In this document: positions 26,950 through 37,256 of the stretch, piece by piece
Layout: each line of letters starts with the position of its first letter
Position numbering within the stretch: position 1 is the first letter of the stretch
Assembly: GCA_051005875.1 (NCBI GenBank)
Contig: JBPCIX010000021.1
Coordinates: forward strand, 5,783 to 69,782
DNA from: Actinomycetota bacterium
GTDB taxonomy: Bacteria > Actinomycetota > CADDZG01 > JAHWKV01
DNA length: 64,000 nt
Direction of reading: 5' to 3'
Translations under genes and position numbers: made by a program
Notes under the pieces: generated by a model
The model's database searches: none
What the model was told of the DNA's origin: nothing
Seen by the model: the letters and a program-made list of their open reading frames with translations, nothing else

Positions 26950-27521
26950 GTATAAATAGAATTAAGGGGCGGGTGCATCGGTTTGGCGAGAATATTGATA
27001 CTGATGTCATTATTCCTGCCCGGTATTTGACGACTACCGATCCTGCTGAGCTTGCTTTGCATTGCATGGAGCCTATTGATCCCGAGTTTCCCAAAAGGGT
27101 GAAGCCCGGCGACATTATCGTGGCCGAGGCCAACTTTGGCTCAGGGTCCTCGCGTGAACACGCCCCGGTAGCCATCAAGGCCGCGGGAATTGCATGCGTC
27201 GTCGCATCTACCTTTGCTCGGATCTTTTACCGCAATTCAATCAATGTTGGGTTGCCGATTGTTGAATGCCCCGAGATCGTTGGCGTTACTGACGATGGCG
27301 ACGTGATTGAAGTTGACCTCGCCGCCGGAACCGTCACCAACGTCACCAAGGGGGGGATTTCAGCAACCGCAACGCCGTTTCCGGATTTCATGCGGGAACT
27401 GCTTGAAGCCGGAGGCCTTGTGCCCTATTTAAGGGCGCAGCTCAACGGGCACCCTGAGAATGACGATCCCTCGACTATTCAAGGAGCGGCGCCCAAAGAG
27501 GCCGATTTTCAGAATGACTGA
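26946..27521 (+). CDS. leuD: 3-isopropylmalate dehydratase small subunit
   Basis: [31 protein letters not shown]. Confidence 0.94.
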   Translation: MSINRIKGRVHRFGENIDTDVIIPARYLTTTDPAELALHCMEPIDPEFPKRVKPGDIIVAEANFGSGSSREHAPVAIKAAGIACVVASTFARIFYRNSINVGLPIVECPEIVGVTDDGDVIEVDLAAGTVTNVTKGGISATATPFPDFMRELLEAGGLVPYLRAQLNGHPENDDPSTIQGAAPKEADFQND

Positions 27522-27552
27522 GGAGTTCCCTGACGCCGTGGTTATCAGGTAG

Positions 27553-28590
27553 TTGGCGGCGAGCAAGCGGCATCAGGTTGCCTTTATTCCGGGGGACGGA
27601 ATAGGTCCCGAAGTCATCGCCGAGGCTACCAAGGTCCTCGAGGCAGCTGCTTTACGGGGTAATTTCGAAATCGAAGGTGAGTTCCTTGATCTGGGAGCCG
27701 AAAGGTTTCTCAGAACGGGCGAGGTCCTTCCCGACAGCGTGATGGCTCACATTCAAAATTTCGATGCTGTTCTGCTGGGCGCGGTCGGAGACCCGCGCGT
27801 TCCGCCAGGGGTCCTGGAAGGTGGGTTGCTCCTTCGCCTTAGACAAGATCTGGATCTGTACGTCAACCTTCGACCGGCCAAGCTCTTTAAGGGAGTAACC
27901 GCGCCGCACAATGAAACTTCGGACTTCGATGTGGTAATCGTGAGAGAGAATACCGAAGGCTTATATTGCCGGCGCGGCTCTTCTGAAAAAACCGGCACCT
28001 CCCAAGAAACGGCCCTGGAACTATCGTTAAACACTGCCCCGGCGGTTGAGCGACTGCTTCGTTTCGCCTTCGAATTCGCAGCCAAGAACGAACGCGAGCT
28101 AACGCTTGTTCATAAACTCAACGTCCTGGAACATGCCGGCAACCTCTACCGCAGACTCTTCCTGGCTTTAGCTGAGGAGTACCCGCAGGTCAAAACGGAC
28201 TACCAACATGTGGACGCAGCCGCCCTGCTTTTGGTCCAAGACCCCAAGCGCTTTTCCGTGATTGCCACCGACAATCTTTTCGGCGACATATTGAGCGATC
28301 TGACTGCAGCGCTTGTTGGGGGTATCGGCCTTGTGGGCAGCGGAAATATTCACCCCGGGAGGGTCTCGATCTTCGAGCCGGTTCACGGCTCGGCCCCCGA
28401 TATCGCCGGGACTGGCAAAGCCAATCCGATTGGAGCAATACTTTCTTCAGCCCTGATGCTAAGGCACTTAGGAGAGACAAAAGCGGCCGAACGAGTTGAA
28501 CATGCAGTAGCAGAATCCGCCGCCAAGGCAGAGCGCGACCAGCTAACCTGCACCCAAATCGGGGATCTGGTAGCCCTAGCTGCCGGCTAG
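27553..28590 (+). CDS. leuB: 3-isopropylmalate dehydrogenase
   Basis: PGDGIGPE, VRENTEG, NLFGDILSD, FEPVHGSAPDIAG. Confidence 0.93.
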   Translation: MAASKRHQVAFIPGDGIGPEVIAEATKVLEAAALRGNFEIEGEFLDLGAERFLRTGEVLPDSVMAHIQNFDAVLLGAVGDPRVPPGVLEGGLLLRLRQDLDLYVNLRPAKLFKGVTAPHNETSDFDVVIVRENTEGLYCRRGSSEKTGTSQETALELSLNTAPAVERLLRFAFEFAAKNERELTLVHKLNVLEHAGNLYRRLFLALAEEYPQVKTDYQHVDAAALLLVQDPKRFSVIATDNLFGDILSDLTAALVGGIGLVGSGNIHPGRVSIFEPVHGSAPDIAGTGKANPIGAILSSALMLRHLGETKAAERVEHAVAESAAKAERDQLTCTQIGDLVALAAG

Positions 28591-28618
28591 AGCGGCAGAC
28601 CCGTTAAGCTCGTGGTGA

Positions 28619-31174
28619 ATGAGTGAAAACAAGTTACTAAGAACTGAAGCGCAAGTGCGGGCCGGGATTGTTTCCGAGGCCTCGTACCAGGTGCAGCTGG
28701 ACTTTACCAAGGGGAATGAAACCTTTGGGTGCGAAACGACAATTTCCTTCCAGGCAACGCCCGGATCGGCAACCTTCGTTGACTACACTGCCCCCCAGGT
28801 CGATTCGGTAAAACTAAACGGCGAGCCCATTGACCCGGCCAGCTTTAATGGGAATAGAATCGCTATCGAGGGTCTCGCCAACCGAAACACTCTCAGCGTC
28901 CATGGCGCAAGCGCCTACATGAACACCGGGGTGGGCCTTCACAGATTTGTCGACCCCGTTGACAACGCGGTGTACTTGCACACTCAGTTCGAGCCATTTG
29001 ACGCCCACAGAGTGTTTCCTTGTTTCGATCAACCCGACATAAAAGGCGCCTTTGACCTGTTCGTCACAGCCCCCGCGGGTTGGCAGGTCATCTCTAACTC
29101 TCCGCTTGCGGAATGGAAAGCGGTCGGCCCCCCGAGCCCTGCGGGCCAGGGAGGTCTGTTTAGATTTCATCCCACCAGGCCGATCAGCACCTATCTCGCT
29201 GCCATCATCGCCGGCCCCTTTGAAGCGATACGCGACAAGCACCGCGATATTGATCTCGGGCTAATGTGCCGAAAGTCGCTGCTCGAATACTTAGAGCCCG
29301 ATGCCGAAGAGCTTTTCACCATCACCAAACAAGGCTTCGACTTTTTCGAAGAAGCGTTCGACTACCCTTATGTTTTCGGAAAGTACGACCAGCTTTTCGT
29401 ACCGGAGTTCAACCATGGCGCCATGGAAAATATTGGGGCCGTCACATTCAATGAGGGTGCAATATTTCGGTCCCGGGTGACCGAGGCCCGGCGCGAAAGG
29501 CGCGGCCTGATAATCCTGCATGAAATGGCCCACATGTGGTTCGGCGACCTTGTGACCATGCGCTGGTGGAACGATCTGTGGCTGAATGAAAGCTTCGCCA
29601 CCTATCAGGGAACTCTGGCGCTGGCCGAAGCGACGCGATTCAAGCAGGCCTGGACAACCTTTGCCCAAGGGGAGAAGGCATCGGCCTACGCGCAGGATCA
29701 ACTTCCCACCACCCACCCCATCACGGCGAAGATTCCGGACACTGAAGCCACGCTTTCAAACTTCGATGCAATTACTTATTCGAAAGGGGCCTCGGTTCTG
29801 AAGCAGCTGGTCGCCTGGGTTGGCCGCGATGAGTTTGACCAGGGAGTGAAGAAGTACTTCCGTAAACATGAATATGGCAACACCGAGTTGGGCGACTTTC
29901 TCGCACCGCTGGAAGAAGCTTCAGGCCGCGATCTAAAAGCATGGTCGGGAGAATGGCTCGAGAAAGCCGGTGTCAACACGTTGTCCGCAGCCTTCGAAAC
30001 CGAGGCCGGTCACTTTACTTCGTTTTCGATCGTTCAAGATGCTCCCGAGGAGTGGCCCACGCTGAGGTCCCATCGTCTGGCCATCGGGCTCTACGACGAT
30101 GAATCGGACAAGCTGGTTCGACGCCGCCGCGTGGAAGCCGATGTAGTCGGCGCAAAGACTGATATCGCCGAGCTAGCCGGAGAGACCGTCCCTGCGCTCA
30201 TCGTTTTGAACGATGACGATCTGGCTTATGCGAAGGTCCGGCTCGACCCATTGTCCCTCAAGACGACGGTGGCACGAGTTGGTGATATCGCAGATCCGCT
30301 GGCCCGCGCTCTTTGCTGGTCCGCGGCGTGGCAAATGGTGCGCGATGCCGAGATGGCAGCGCGGGAATACCTGACCATGGTGCTGGGAAACATCGCGTCG
30401 GAAACGGACATTGGCATCGTGCAAACGCTCCTGGGTCAGGCAAAAAGAGCCATCACCGCCTACGGCGATCCTGCCAACAGACCGACGGCTCTCGGGGCTC
30501 TCGCGACTCACGCCAAAACTTCTCTAACCGAGGCCGAGCCCGGAGGAGATCTTCAGCGGGCATGGGCTGAGACATTAATTGGTGCTGCAACCGGCGCTGA
30601 AGATGCCCGGATTTTACGGGGTTTGCTCGACGGCCGGGTAGCTTATGACGGGCTCGCAGTGGATATTGGCCTTCGTTGGGCTATTGTCGGCGCCCTTTCT
30701 GAAGGAGGCGCCGGCGGCCAGGACCTAATCGACGAAGAACTAAAGCGCGACCCTACCGACGATGGTCGGCGTCAGGCCGTCGCGGCGAAAGCCTCGCGCC
30801 CGGTAAAAGGCGCCAAAGATGAGGCATGGGAAATGTTCGTCGGGGACCGCAGCATTCCGCTGGCCACACTGCGCGCAATCGTGGCCGGGTTCCAAAGATA
30901 CGACCAAATAGAAACGATCGAGCCTTTTGTTGAGAAGTACTTTGCCGAACTGGGCGGCGTTTGGTCGGAGCGCGAACCTGAGGTGGCAAGGACGTTTGCA
31001 GGCGGCATGTTCCCGCGCGTTACGGTGACCCAAGAACTTGTCGACCGCACCGCTGAGTACATAAACTCAAATGAGCTTCAGTACGCTTTGAAAAGAATTC
31101 TGCTCGAAGCCAAAGATGAGCTTGAGCGAGCCTTGCGTGCCCGCTCTCGTGACACTGCCGCCACGGGTGGCTGA
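28619..31174 (+). CDS. pepN: aminopeptidase N (M1)
   Basis: GAMEN; HEMAHMWFG...WLNESF. Confidence 0.96.
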   Translation: MSENKLLRTEAQVRAGIVSEASYQVQLDFTKGNETFGCETTISFQATPGSATFVDYTAPQVDSVKLNGEPIDPASFNGNRIAIEGLANRNTLSVHGASAYMNTGVGLHRFVDPVDNAVYLHTQFEPFDAHRVFPCFDQPDIKGAFDLFVTAPAGWQVISNSPLAEWKAVGPPSPAGQGGLFRFHPTRPISTYLAAIIAGPFEAIRDKHRDIDLGLMCRKSLLEYLEPDAEELFTITKQGFDFFEEAFDYPYVFGKYDQLFVPEFNHGAMENIGAVTFNEGAIFRSRVTEARRERRGLIILHEMAHMWFGDLVTMRWWNDLWLNESFATYQGTLALAEATRFKQAWTTFAQGEKASAYAQDQLPTTHPITAKIPDTEATLSNFDAITYSKGASVLKQLVAWVGRDEFDQGVKKYFRKHEYGNTELGDFLAPLEEASGRDLKAWSGEWLEKAGVNTLSAAFETEAGHFTSFSIVQDAPEEWPTLRSHRLAIGLYDDESDKLVRRRRVEADVVGAKTDIAELAGETVPALIVLNDDDLAYAKVRLDPLSLKTTVARVGDIADPLARALCWSAAWQMVRDAEMAAREYLTMVLGNIASETDIGIVQTLLGQAKRAITAYGDPANRPTALGALATHAKTSLTEAEPGGDLQRAWAETLIGAATGAEDARILRGLLDGRVAYDGLAVDIGLRWAIVGALSEGGAGGQDLIDEELKRDPTDDGRRQAVAAKASRPVKGAKDEAWEMFVGDRSIPLATLRAIVAGFQRYDQIETIEPFVEKYFAELGGVWSEREPEVARTFAGGMFPRVTVTQELVDRTAEYINSNELQYALKRILLEAKDELERALRARSRDTAATGG

Positions 31175-31526
31175 GACTCCCGAGCCAAAGCCATTTTCGG
31201 TATGGCTATCTGCCATGGCCCAACACGCGGGAGTAGCGGAGCCGGCAGCGCTGCAGGCCTTCCTTCAACGCAGCGCTTGCCATTGCACCGAAGAAAACGC
31301 CGAGGAATGGCTGAACGGGACGGCCGTCCCAGGCTACGATAAAAAGAGAGACATTATCAGGGCGTTTCATACCGCCCTGCCCGATATTGAGGTCTGGGAG
31401 GAATACCGCTTGTTCGTTAAAGGGGAACCATTCCTGCAAGGCAGGCGTGCCCGGGCAAGCTTCATCGACGAAACCCTCGATCAGATGCTGGGCCAGACGG
31501 GGCTACCCCCCGGCCTGCAGGACTGA
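31167..31526 (+). CDS. hypothetical protein, possible HTH-like fold
   Basis: GTG start overlaps the end of pepN; AEEWLNGTAVP resembles an XRE recognition-helix end. Confidence 0.5.
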   Translation: MAETPEPKPFSVWLSAMAQHAGVAEPAALQAFLQRSACHCTEENAEEWLNGTAVPGYDKKRDIIRAFHTALPDIEVWEEYRLFVKGEPFLQGRRARASFIDETLDQMLGQTGLPPGLQD

Positions 31527-31570
31527 GGGCTGTGTCGCGCGGGGCAGATATGGGAGTTGGCGCTTATTCC

Positions 31571-31641
31571 GGCGGTGTGGCCGAGTGGTTAGGCAGGGGC
31601 TCGCAAGGCCTCGTACTGTGGTTCGAATCCACGCACCGCCT
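31571..31641 (+). tRNA. tRNA-Cys(GCA)
   Basis: GGCGGTG/CACCGCC acceptor, U73 discriminator, 3-bp D stem, anticodon GCA, TTCGAAT loop. Confidence 0.93.
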
Positions 31642-31671
31642 CTTATCGTTTGCTTTGCCCGCGCTCTCGGA

Positions 31672-31959
31672 CTACGGCCGGTTGCCTGAGTCCTCCTCGT
31701 CGCAAAGGCCCATCGCGAATTCGTTCAGTCGATCGAGGGTGGCTGGATCGATTTGAGCTTCTAGCCTTCGCAAGCAATCCTTTAGCTCGGTAAAGGTCCG
31801 GGCTTCCATTTCGCACTCGCTGCAGGCTTCGAGATGCAAAGATATGTTTGCCGCAGTCGGCTCGTCGACCATTTCGCGGTCGAGGTAAGCCTGTAGCCTT
31901 CGGGCAACATTGTTGCATTCGCTAACTCGTGGGCCGCGGCCCAGCCCCCAAAATTTCAT
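31672..31959 (-). CDS. zf-HC2 (ZAS) anti-sigma factor
   Basis: C...LQAYLD...HLEACSEC; overlaps the sigma factor stop. Confidence 0.88.
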   Translation of the reverse strand: MKFWGLGRGPRVSECNNVARRLQAYLDREMVDEPTAANISLHLEACSECEMEARTFTELKDCLRRLEAQIDPATLDRLNEFAMGLCDEEDSGNRP

Positions 31960-32534
31960 GGCGGAGCACTCCCGGGAGCGATCCCCTGCGAGGCGAGGAC
32001 CTTGCGCAACCTGGCTCGGCCTCGGTGAAGCCTGCTCATTACCGTGCCTTGCGGGATAGACAGAAAAGCGGCTGCATCCTGGTAGCTCAGCCCATCGACA
32101 TCGACCAATTCGACGACAGAACGAAACTTATCGGGTAGCGCCTTAAATGCTGATGCAACCTCGGCGCCGAATGCATTGTTGAGGGCCGCCAGCTGCGTGG
32201 AATCCTCTGATGCATTGCCTGAGGCGTCGGTCACTGAAACCATCTCGTCGCCCGGCAATAGCAATTCGGGCTTGCGCTTGCGGGCCCGATTTATGTGGGT
32301 GTTTCTCAAAATCTTCAACAACCAGGCCCTCGGATACTTTCCGTCGAATCCATCAATTCCGCGAAACGCCCGTAACAGCGTGTCCTGCACCAAGTCCTCG
32401 GCGTCGGCCTGATTTCGGGTTAGGCCAAAAGCTACCCGGTACAAAAGACCGATCTCGGGAACGACAAATCGCTCAACTGCCTCCCTGCGCCGAATCTTAG
32501 ATGCGGCCAACTCGTTCGTAGATTCAGCCACCAT
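31956..32534 (-). CDS. ECF sigma-70 factor (SigH/SigR-like)
   Basis: DAEDLVQDTLLRAF, AWLLKILRNTHIN, GTVMSRLHRGR. Confidence 0.92.
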   Translation of the reverse strand: MVAESTNELAASKIRRREAVERFVVPEIGLLYRVAFGLTRNQADAEDLVQDTLLRAFRGIDGFDGKYPRAWLLKILRNTHINRARKRKPELLLPGDEMVSVTDASGNASEDSTQLAALNNAFGAEVASAFKALPDKFRSVVELVDVDGLSYQDAAAFLSIPQGTVMSRLHRGRARLRKVLASQGIAPGSAPP

Positions 32535-32545
32535 TAATCACTCGC

Positions 32546-32584
32546 TTTAGCAAACGCTCTTAAGCAAACGCTCTTTAGCAAACG
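32546..32584. repeat. 14-bp x3 tandem repeat in the sigma-factor 5' region
   Basis: TTTAGCAAACGCTC / TTAAGCAAACGCTC / TTTAGCAAACG. Confidence 0.85.
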
Positions 32585-32606
32585 TCCGGGAAGCCCACAT
32601 TATTCC
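32581..32606 (-). promoter_or_regulatory. SigH/SigR-type promoter (autoregulatory)
   Basis: GGAAT-N18-GTT on the minus strand upstream of the ECF sigma gene. Confidence 0.65.
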
Positions 32607-32621
32607 GCAGCTTACCCGAGA

Positions 32622-33092
32622 CTAAATTTTACAGGTGGCCAATCCTCGCTTTTCGAGGTACTGCTGGTGATAGTCCTCGGCCGGCCAAAAGGTCGTGGCC
32701 GCAACCAGTTGGGTGACGATTGGCTTCCGAAATTTGCCGGTGCGTTCCAGTTCTTCCATCGAAGCGGCCGCGCCCGCCTGTTGCTCTTCGTCGTGATAGA
32801 AGATCGCCGATCGGTATTGACTACCGACATCGGGCCCCTGCCGGTTGAGGGTCGTGGGGTTGTGATTGGTCCAGAAAACATCAAGCAGTTTTTCGTAAGA
32901 CACCCGGCTTGCGTCGTACGTAACCTCCACGGCCTCGGCGTGTGCCGTGCGCCCGGAGCACACGTCTTTGTAACTGGGATTTTCCAATTGGCCGCCCGTG
33001 TAACCGACCATGGTGGAGGTCACTCCCTCGACCATCCGGAATTCGGCTTCTACTCCCCAAAAACAACCCGCCGCAAATGTAGCTTTAGCCAC
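32622..33092 (-). CDS. msrA: peptide methionine sulfoxide reductase A
   Basis: GCFWG, GYTGG, AEDYHQQY; GTG start after GGAAGG. Confidence 0.96.
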   Translation of the reverse strand: MAKATFAAGCFWGVEAEFRMVEGVTSTMVGYTGGQLENPSYKDVCSGRTAHAEAVEVTYDASRVSYEKLLDVFWTNHNPTTLNRQGPDVGSQYRSAIFYHDEEQQAGAAASMEELERTGKFRKPIVTQLVAATTFWPAEDYHQQYLEKRGLATCKI

Positions 33093-33124
33093 GCTGTCAC
33101 CTTCCACTAGTTCGTCACTAATGG

Positions 33125-33150
33125 AACAACTTTAGTCCAGCTGCTATTCC
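33125..33150 (-). promoter_or_regulatory. SigH/SigR-type promoter of msrA
   Basis: GGAAT-N18-GTT on the minus strand. Confidence 0.6.
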
Positions 33151-33191
33151 TAATCGGCCAACCGCTCCCAAGGAACTCTCACTAGTGGCCA

Positions 33192-33902
33192 CTAAATCGG
33201 GGGCAGCCAATTGTTCCTTGAGAATATTCCAATCAAAGGATAGAAAAGCCGGTTCCAGTATCCGGTGACAAGCAATACGCCCATCACCACCAGCAGACCT
33301 CCGCCGGTTCTTTCGATCCCCAGGGCATGTTTTGTGAGAAACCGAAATGTGGCGCCCGCACGGGTGTACGCCAGAGCCATTAACAAGAATGGGACGGCCA
33401 TCCCGAGTGAGTAGATGGCAAGCAGAAGTGCGCCCTTCCACGCCGTCTGGGTTGCTCCCGCAAGCCCAAGGACTCCCCCCAGAATTGGACCTATGCATGG
33501 GGTCCAGCCAAAGGCGAATGCCATTCCGAGCGGCAAGGCGCCAAGGGGGCCGGGTCTTACCTTCCGAAAATCCATTCGTTTTTCCTTCATCAAGAAGGGT
33601 ATACGCAGGATTCCTAGCATCGAGAGGCCCATTACGATCACCGCCACTCCGGCTATTTTCAACAGCAGGGGCAGCTGTCCGAGCAGGAACCCGCCAATCA
33701 ACGAAGCGCTCAGGCCGAGCGCTGTGAAAATGAGAGCGAATCCCAACACAAACAGAAGGGCGCTGCCCATCACTCGTTTTCGCTCCGGACTTCCCGCTGA
33801 GACCCCGCTTATGTACGAAAGGTAGCCTGGGATCAATGGAAGGATGCAGGGCGTTACGATTGATAGCACCCCTGCAAGGAACGCAAGCGGGGCAAGTTGC
33901 AT
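33192..33902 (-). CDS. ccdA: cytochrome c biogenesis CcdA / DsbD-like disulfide transporter
   Basis: TPCILPLIPGY and GWTPCIGPILG. Confidence 0.9.
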   Translation of the reverse strand: MQLAPLAFLAGVLSIVTPCILPLIPGYLSYISGVSAGSPERKRVMGSALLFVLGFALIFTALGLSASLIGGFLLGQLPLLLKIAGVAVIVMGLSMLGILRIPFLMKEKRMDFRKVRPGPLGALPLGMAFAFGWTPCIGPILGGVLGLAGATQTAWKGALLLAIYSLGMAVPFLLMALAYTRAGATFRFLTKHALGIERTGGGLLVVMGVLLVTGYWNRLFYPLIGIFSRNNWLPPI

Positions 33903-33914
33903 CGGCGGGCAGGC

Positions 33915-36146
33915 TTACTGTGCCGGGGGCATGTGGGGGGAGGCCTGATGATTACGACCGAACCTGCGGAGCCTGAGCGAGTTCGTCACTACGCTTACCG
34001 ACGAAAAGGCCATGGTTGCCCCGGCGATAATTGGGTTAAGTAATCCAAAGGCGGCCAGCGGAATCGCCGCCACGTTGTAGGCGAATGCCCAGCCCAGGTT
34101 CTGGAGGATTACCCGGAAGGTCTTTTGCGATAGGTCCAGCGCGGTCACCACCGCGTGAAGGTCCCCGGAAATCAATGTGATGTCGGAAGATTCAATTGCG
34201 ACGTCGGTGCCGGTGCCGACCGCCATCCCGAGGTCGGCCTGAACCAGTGCCGGAGCGTCGTTAATTCCGTCGCCAACCATGGCTACAACGCGGCCCCCTT
34301 GTTGCAGGCGCCGCACTTCTTCGACTTTATTCTCGGGCAGGACTTCCGCCAGAACCTTATCAATCCCGAGTTCCTGGGCAATTGCTTGGGCGGTAGCACG
34401 GTTATCGCCTGTGATCATGGCCACTTCCAATCCTCTGGCCTTTAGCAACGCCACTTCATCGGCCGCATTTTCTTTCAGCGTATCGGCGACGGCAGCGACT
34501 CCCCGAACTTTGCCGGACCATCCGGCAAAAATCGCCGTCTTGCCGTTGGCCTCGAGACCTGCCGCTGCACTTTCAAGGCTGGGATCGAGATCCAGAGCGT
34601 TGGCGGCCATCAGGCCCCGGCGACCGACAAAAATAGTCCTGCCTGCTATTTCCGATCTAACGCCCATACCGGGCAGCGACTCAAAATCCTGGGCCGGACG
34701 AATCTCTGCCCCCCTGTCACCGGCAGCCTTTACGAGCGCCTCGGCCACCGGATGCTCCGACGAAGCCTCGGCGGAAGCAGCCAGCGACAGCATCTCAAGC
34801 TCATCCTGCCCGTCTAAGGCAACCACGTCGGTCAGCGACATAACGCCCTTGGTGAGGGTGCCGGTCTTGTCGAAAATCACCGTTTGGACCTTGTTTGATT
34901 TCTCGAGGACCTCGCCGCCCTTGATCAAAATTCCAAGCTCGGCTCCCCTGCCCGTGCCGACCATGATTGCCGTGGGCGTGGCAAGGCCCAGAGCGCAAGG
35001 GCATGCGATTATGAGCACGGCTACTGCGGCGCGGAACCCCTCGGTTGGGTTGCCGGCAAGCCACCAACCAGCGAAAGTCAGGGCCGCGATCGCTATCACG
35101 CACGGTACGAATATCGCTGCGATTTGGTCTGCGAGACGCTGCACGGGCGCCTTGCTGCCTTGGGCCTCGGCCACCAGGCGCACAATCTGCGAAAGCGCCG
35201 TGTCAGAGCCTACCCTTTCAGCTTCTACGGTCAGCACACCGTTCGTGTTCAAGGTGGCGCCGGCCACTTTCGAGCCGGTGGATTTCTCGACCGGTACCGA
35301 TTCTCCGGTCAGCATCGATTCGTTTACCGCCGAGTACCCACCTACAACGACGCCGTCGACCGGGATTTTTTCACCGGGCCGCACTCGAACAACATCACCG
35401 ACCTTGACCGCATCCGCCGGAACCATTTTCTCGATTCCATCGACGACGAGTCGCGCTTGCTTAGCGCCCATCTCAAGAAGTTTCGTGAGCGCCCCCGAAG
35501 CCCGCCCTTTGGCTCGCGCCTCGAGGTACCGGCCCAGCACCAGGAACGCGATGATCACCGCGGCGGTATCAAAATATAGATCCCCCATACCGAACAATTC
35601 GTACGTCGAGTAGAAAAACGCGGCAAGCGTGCCCAGCGCGATGAGCGAATCCATGTTGGCGCTCAACTTCAGCGTGCGTTCCCAGGCAGTGCGCAGGAAC
35701 GGCCAGCCGGAGTAGAACTGAACAGGAATGGTAAGTACGAACGCACTCCAGCGTACCCAGGGTGTGTGCATGTCCACAAGCAGCATTACCATCACAGCGG
35801 CTGCCAGGGGCCAGCTGATGAGGACTCTGGTGCGCCAGACCTGCTGATCCGATTCGTGATCATCAGATTGGATGTGGCCGCCCGTAATCGGTTTGATCGA
35901 GTAGCCGATTTTCGAGATAGCTTTTTGGAGTTCGGCGATGGTCACCGAGGCGGGCACGTAAGTGACGTTGGCCTGATTGGTGGCCAGGTTTACGTTGGCG
36001 TCTTCGACGCCGGGCTGGCGTGCCAATACTTTTTGAATCCGCGCCGCACAAGAACCGCAGGTCATGCCTTCGACGCTCAACTCCAGTTGCTCGGCAACCT
36101 CGGCGCTGCGACCGGTCGACCCTGCCGGGCTATCTACCTTAGACAC
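33915..36146 (-). CDS. copA: Cu(I)-translocating P1B-type ATPase
   Basis: MTCGSC HMA domain, [23 protein letters not shown] and MAFSS. Confidence 0.93.
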   Translation of the reverse strand: MSKVDSPAGSTGRSAEVAEQLELSVEGMTCGSCAARIQKVLARQPGVEDANVNLATNQANVTYVPASVTIAELQKAISKIGYSIKPITGGHIQSDDHESDQQVWRTRVLISWPLAAAVMVMLLVDMHTPWVRWSAFVLTIPVQFYSGWPFLRTAWERTLKLSANMDSLIALGTLAAFFYSTYELFGMGDLYFDTAAVIIAFLVLGRYLEARAKGRASGALTKLLEMGAKQARLVVDGIEKMVPADAVKVGDVVRVRPGEKIPVDGVVVGGYSAVNESMLTGESVPVEKSTGSKVAGATLNTNGVLTVEAERVGSDTALSQIVRLVAEAQGSKAPVQRLADQIAAIFVPCVIAIAALTFAGWWLAGNPTEGFRAAVAVLIIACPCALGLATPTAIMVGTGRGAELGILIKGGEVLEKSNKVQTVIFDKTGTLTKGVMSLTDVVALDGQDELEMLSLAASAEASSEHPVAEALVKAAGDRGAEIRPAQDFESLPGMGVRSEIAGRTIFVGRRGLMAANALDLDPSLESAAAGLEANGKTAIFAGWSGKVRGVAAVADTLKENAADEVALLKARGLEVAMITGDNRATAQAIAQELGIDKVLAEVLPENKVEEVRRLQQGGRVVAMVGDGINDAPALVQADLGMAVGTGTDVAIESSDITLISGDLHAVVTALDLSQKTFRVILQNLGWAFAYNVAAIPLAAFGLLNPIIAGATMAFSSVSVVTNSLRLRRFGRNHQASPHMPPAQ

Positions 36147-36274
36147 CTTTGTTAACCTCCGTCTCTTTTCCGTACCGCTGAACCCTCACCTAAGTAACGC
36201 TTTCGTATTCCTCTGCCTTCCAAGGATAGCGGTCTGCGGAATTACGGCCCCCCGGTGGGGTGCTCTAGTGTGGG

Positions 36275-37225
36275 CTAGTTTCGGACGATCCCCAGAGCAT
36301 CCTGAAGCGTTTTGGCGCCGCGAATTTTGACCTGATGCGGCGTTAACTGTTTGACTTCGGCTGTCGGAACCAGAAGCAGGGATGCTTTTGCCCGCTCGGC
36401 GGCCACTGCCTTTTCATCGAGCCCGCCCACTTCGCCCACTTCGCCGTCCAAGGAAATGGTCCCCGAGGCGGCAATCGTGCGGCCCCGGGCCAAATCGGCG
36501 GGGTCGAGCAAGTCGGCGACCGCAAGCGCGTACGAAAGCCCGGCTGACGGCCCCCCAATGTTGGGGTGCTTTTTGAAACGAATCTCAAAAGGCAGATCGA
36601 CCTTCAACCCGCGAGTTTCGGCCAAAACACCGATGGCGGCGGTGAGCACAGCCGCATTGGGGAGCTTGATTGTTGCAACCGAAACCTTGAGCGGCTTTCC
36701 CTTTCGCTCGATTAGAACGTTCAACCTGGTCCCCGGCGGACGCGACGAAATTATGGGCTTTAGGTCGGTCGCAAGCCCAACCTTTTTCCCTTCGATTTCG
36801 GTTATCACATCACCGGTGCGAAGCACTTTGCCTGCCGGGGCCGTTTTCACCACCTGCAGAATTTTTGCGCCCGTGCCGGTTGTGGTGACCGGGAGTCCTA
36901 CCGCCCTTGCAGCTGCCGCAGCAGCCAGCTGCTGGCTCTCCAGGAACATCCCCTTTTGCAGACGGTCGAACTCGGTCTCGGAGACGCCTTGTGGAACCAG
37001 AGCCGACAGAGGCAGGGACTGTTTCTTAGAATCGAGCATCGCCCAAAGGGCGCCAAAAGCATTGGGCTGGTGAAGCGTTACCGCAACGAGCAAATACTGC
37101 CCGTTCAGCTTTTTGGTGGGAACCCCGGTGACCTTGATGTCATTCGACAAATCGAGCGCCGGCGCCGGACCGATGATCGCAATTGGGGGACGGTACAGAA
37201 AACCCCCCGCCAAAATGAGAATCAA
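36275..37225 (-). CDS. YlbL-type PDZ + Lon-like (S16) protease; start uncertain
   Basis: PDZ segment; GGPSAGL catalytic Ser; GTISLDGEVGEVGGLDEK. Confidence 0.85.
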   Translation of the reverse strand: MILILAGGFLYRPPIAIIGPAPALDLSNDIKVTGVPTKKLNGQYLLVAVTLHQPNAFGALWAMLDSKKQSLPLSALVPQGVSETEFDRLQKGMFLESQQLAAAAAARAVGLPVTTTGTGAKILQVVKTAPAGKVLRTGDVITEIEGKKVGLATDLKPIISSRPPGTRLNVLIERKGKPLKVSVATIKLPNAAVLTAAIGVLAETRGLKVDLPFEIRFKKHPNIGGPSAGLSYALAVADLLDPADLARGRTIAASGTISLDGEVGEVGGLDEKAVAAERAKASLLLVPTAEVKQLTPHQVKIRGAKTLQDALGIVRN

Positions 37226-37256
37226 AATGGCCAGTACTTTGCTGCGCGGCCGGTAC

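Noticed and set aside
31642-31700. Prophage or island integrated at tRNA-Cys
   Set aside because: No integrase and no duplicated tRNA 3' end seen in the window.
34279-35613. Long antisense ORFs (444 aa here; also 60012-61058, 1874-2683, 61266-61961)
   Set aside because: Shadow frames of well-supported GC-rich genes; no motifs or RBS.
36196-36221. Third SigH-type promoter before copA (GGAAG-N18-GTT)
   Set aside because: The -35 deviates from GGAAY; too weak to call without TSS data.
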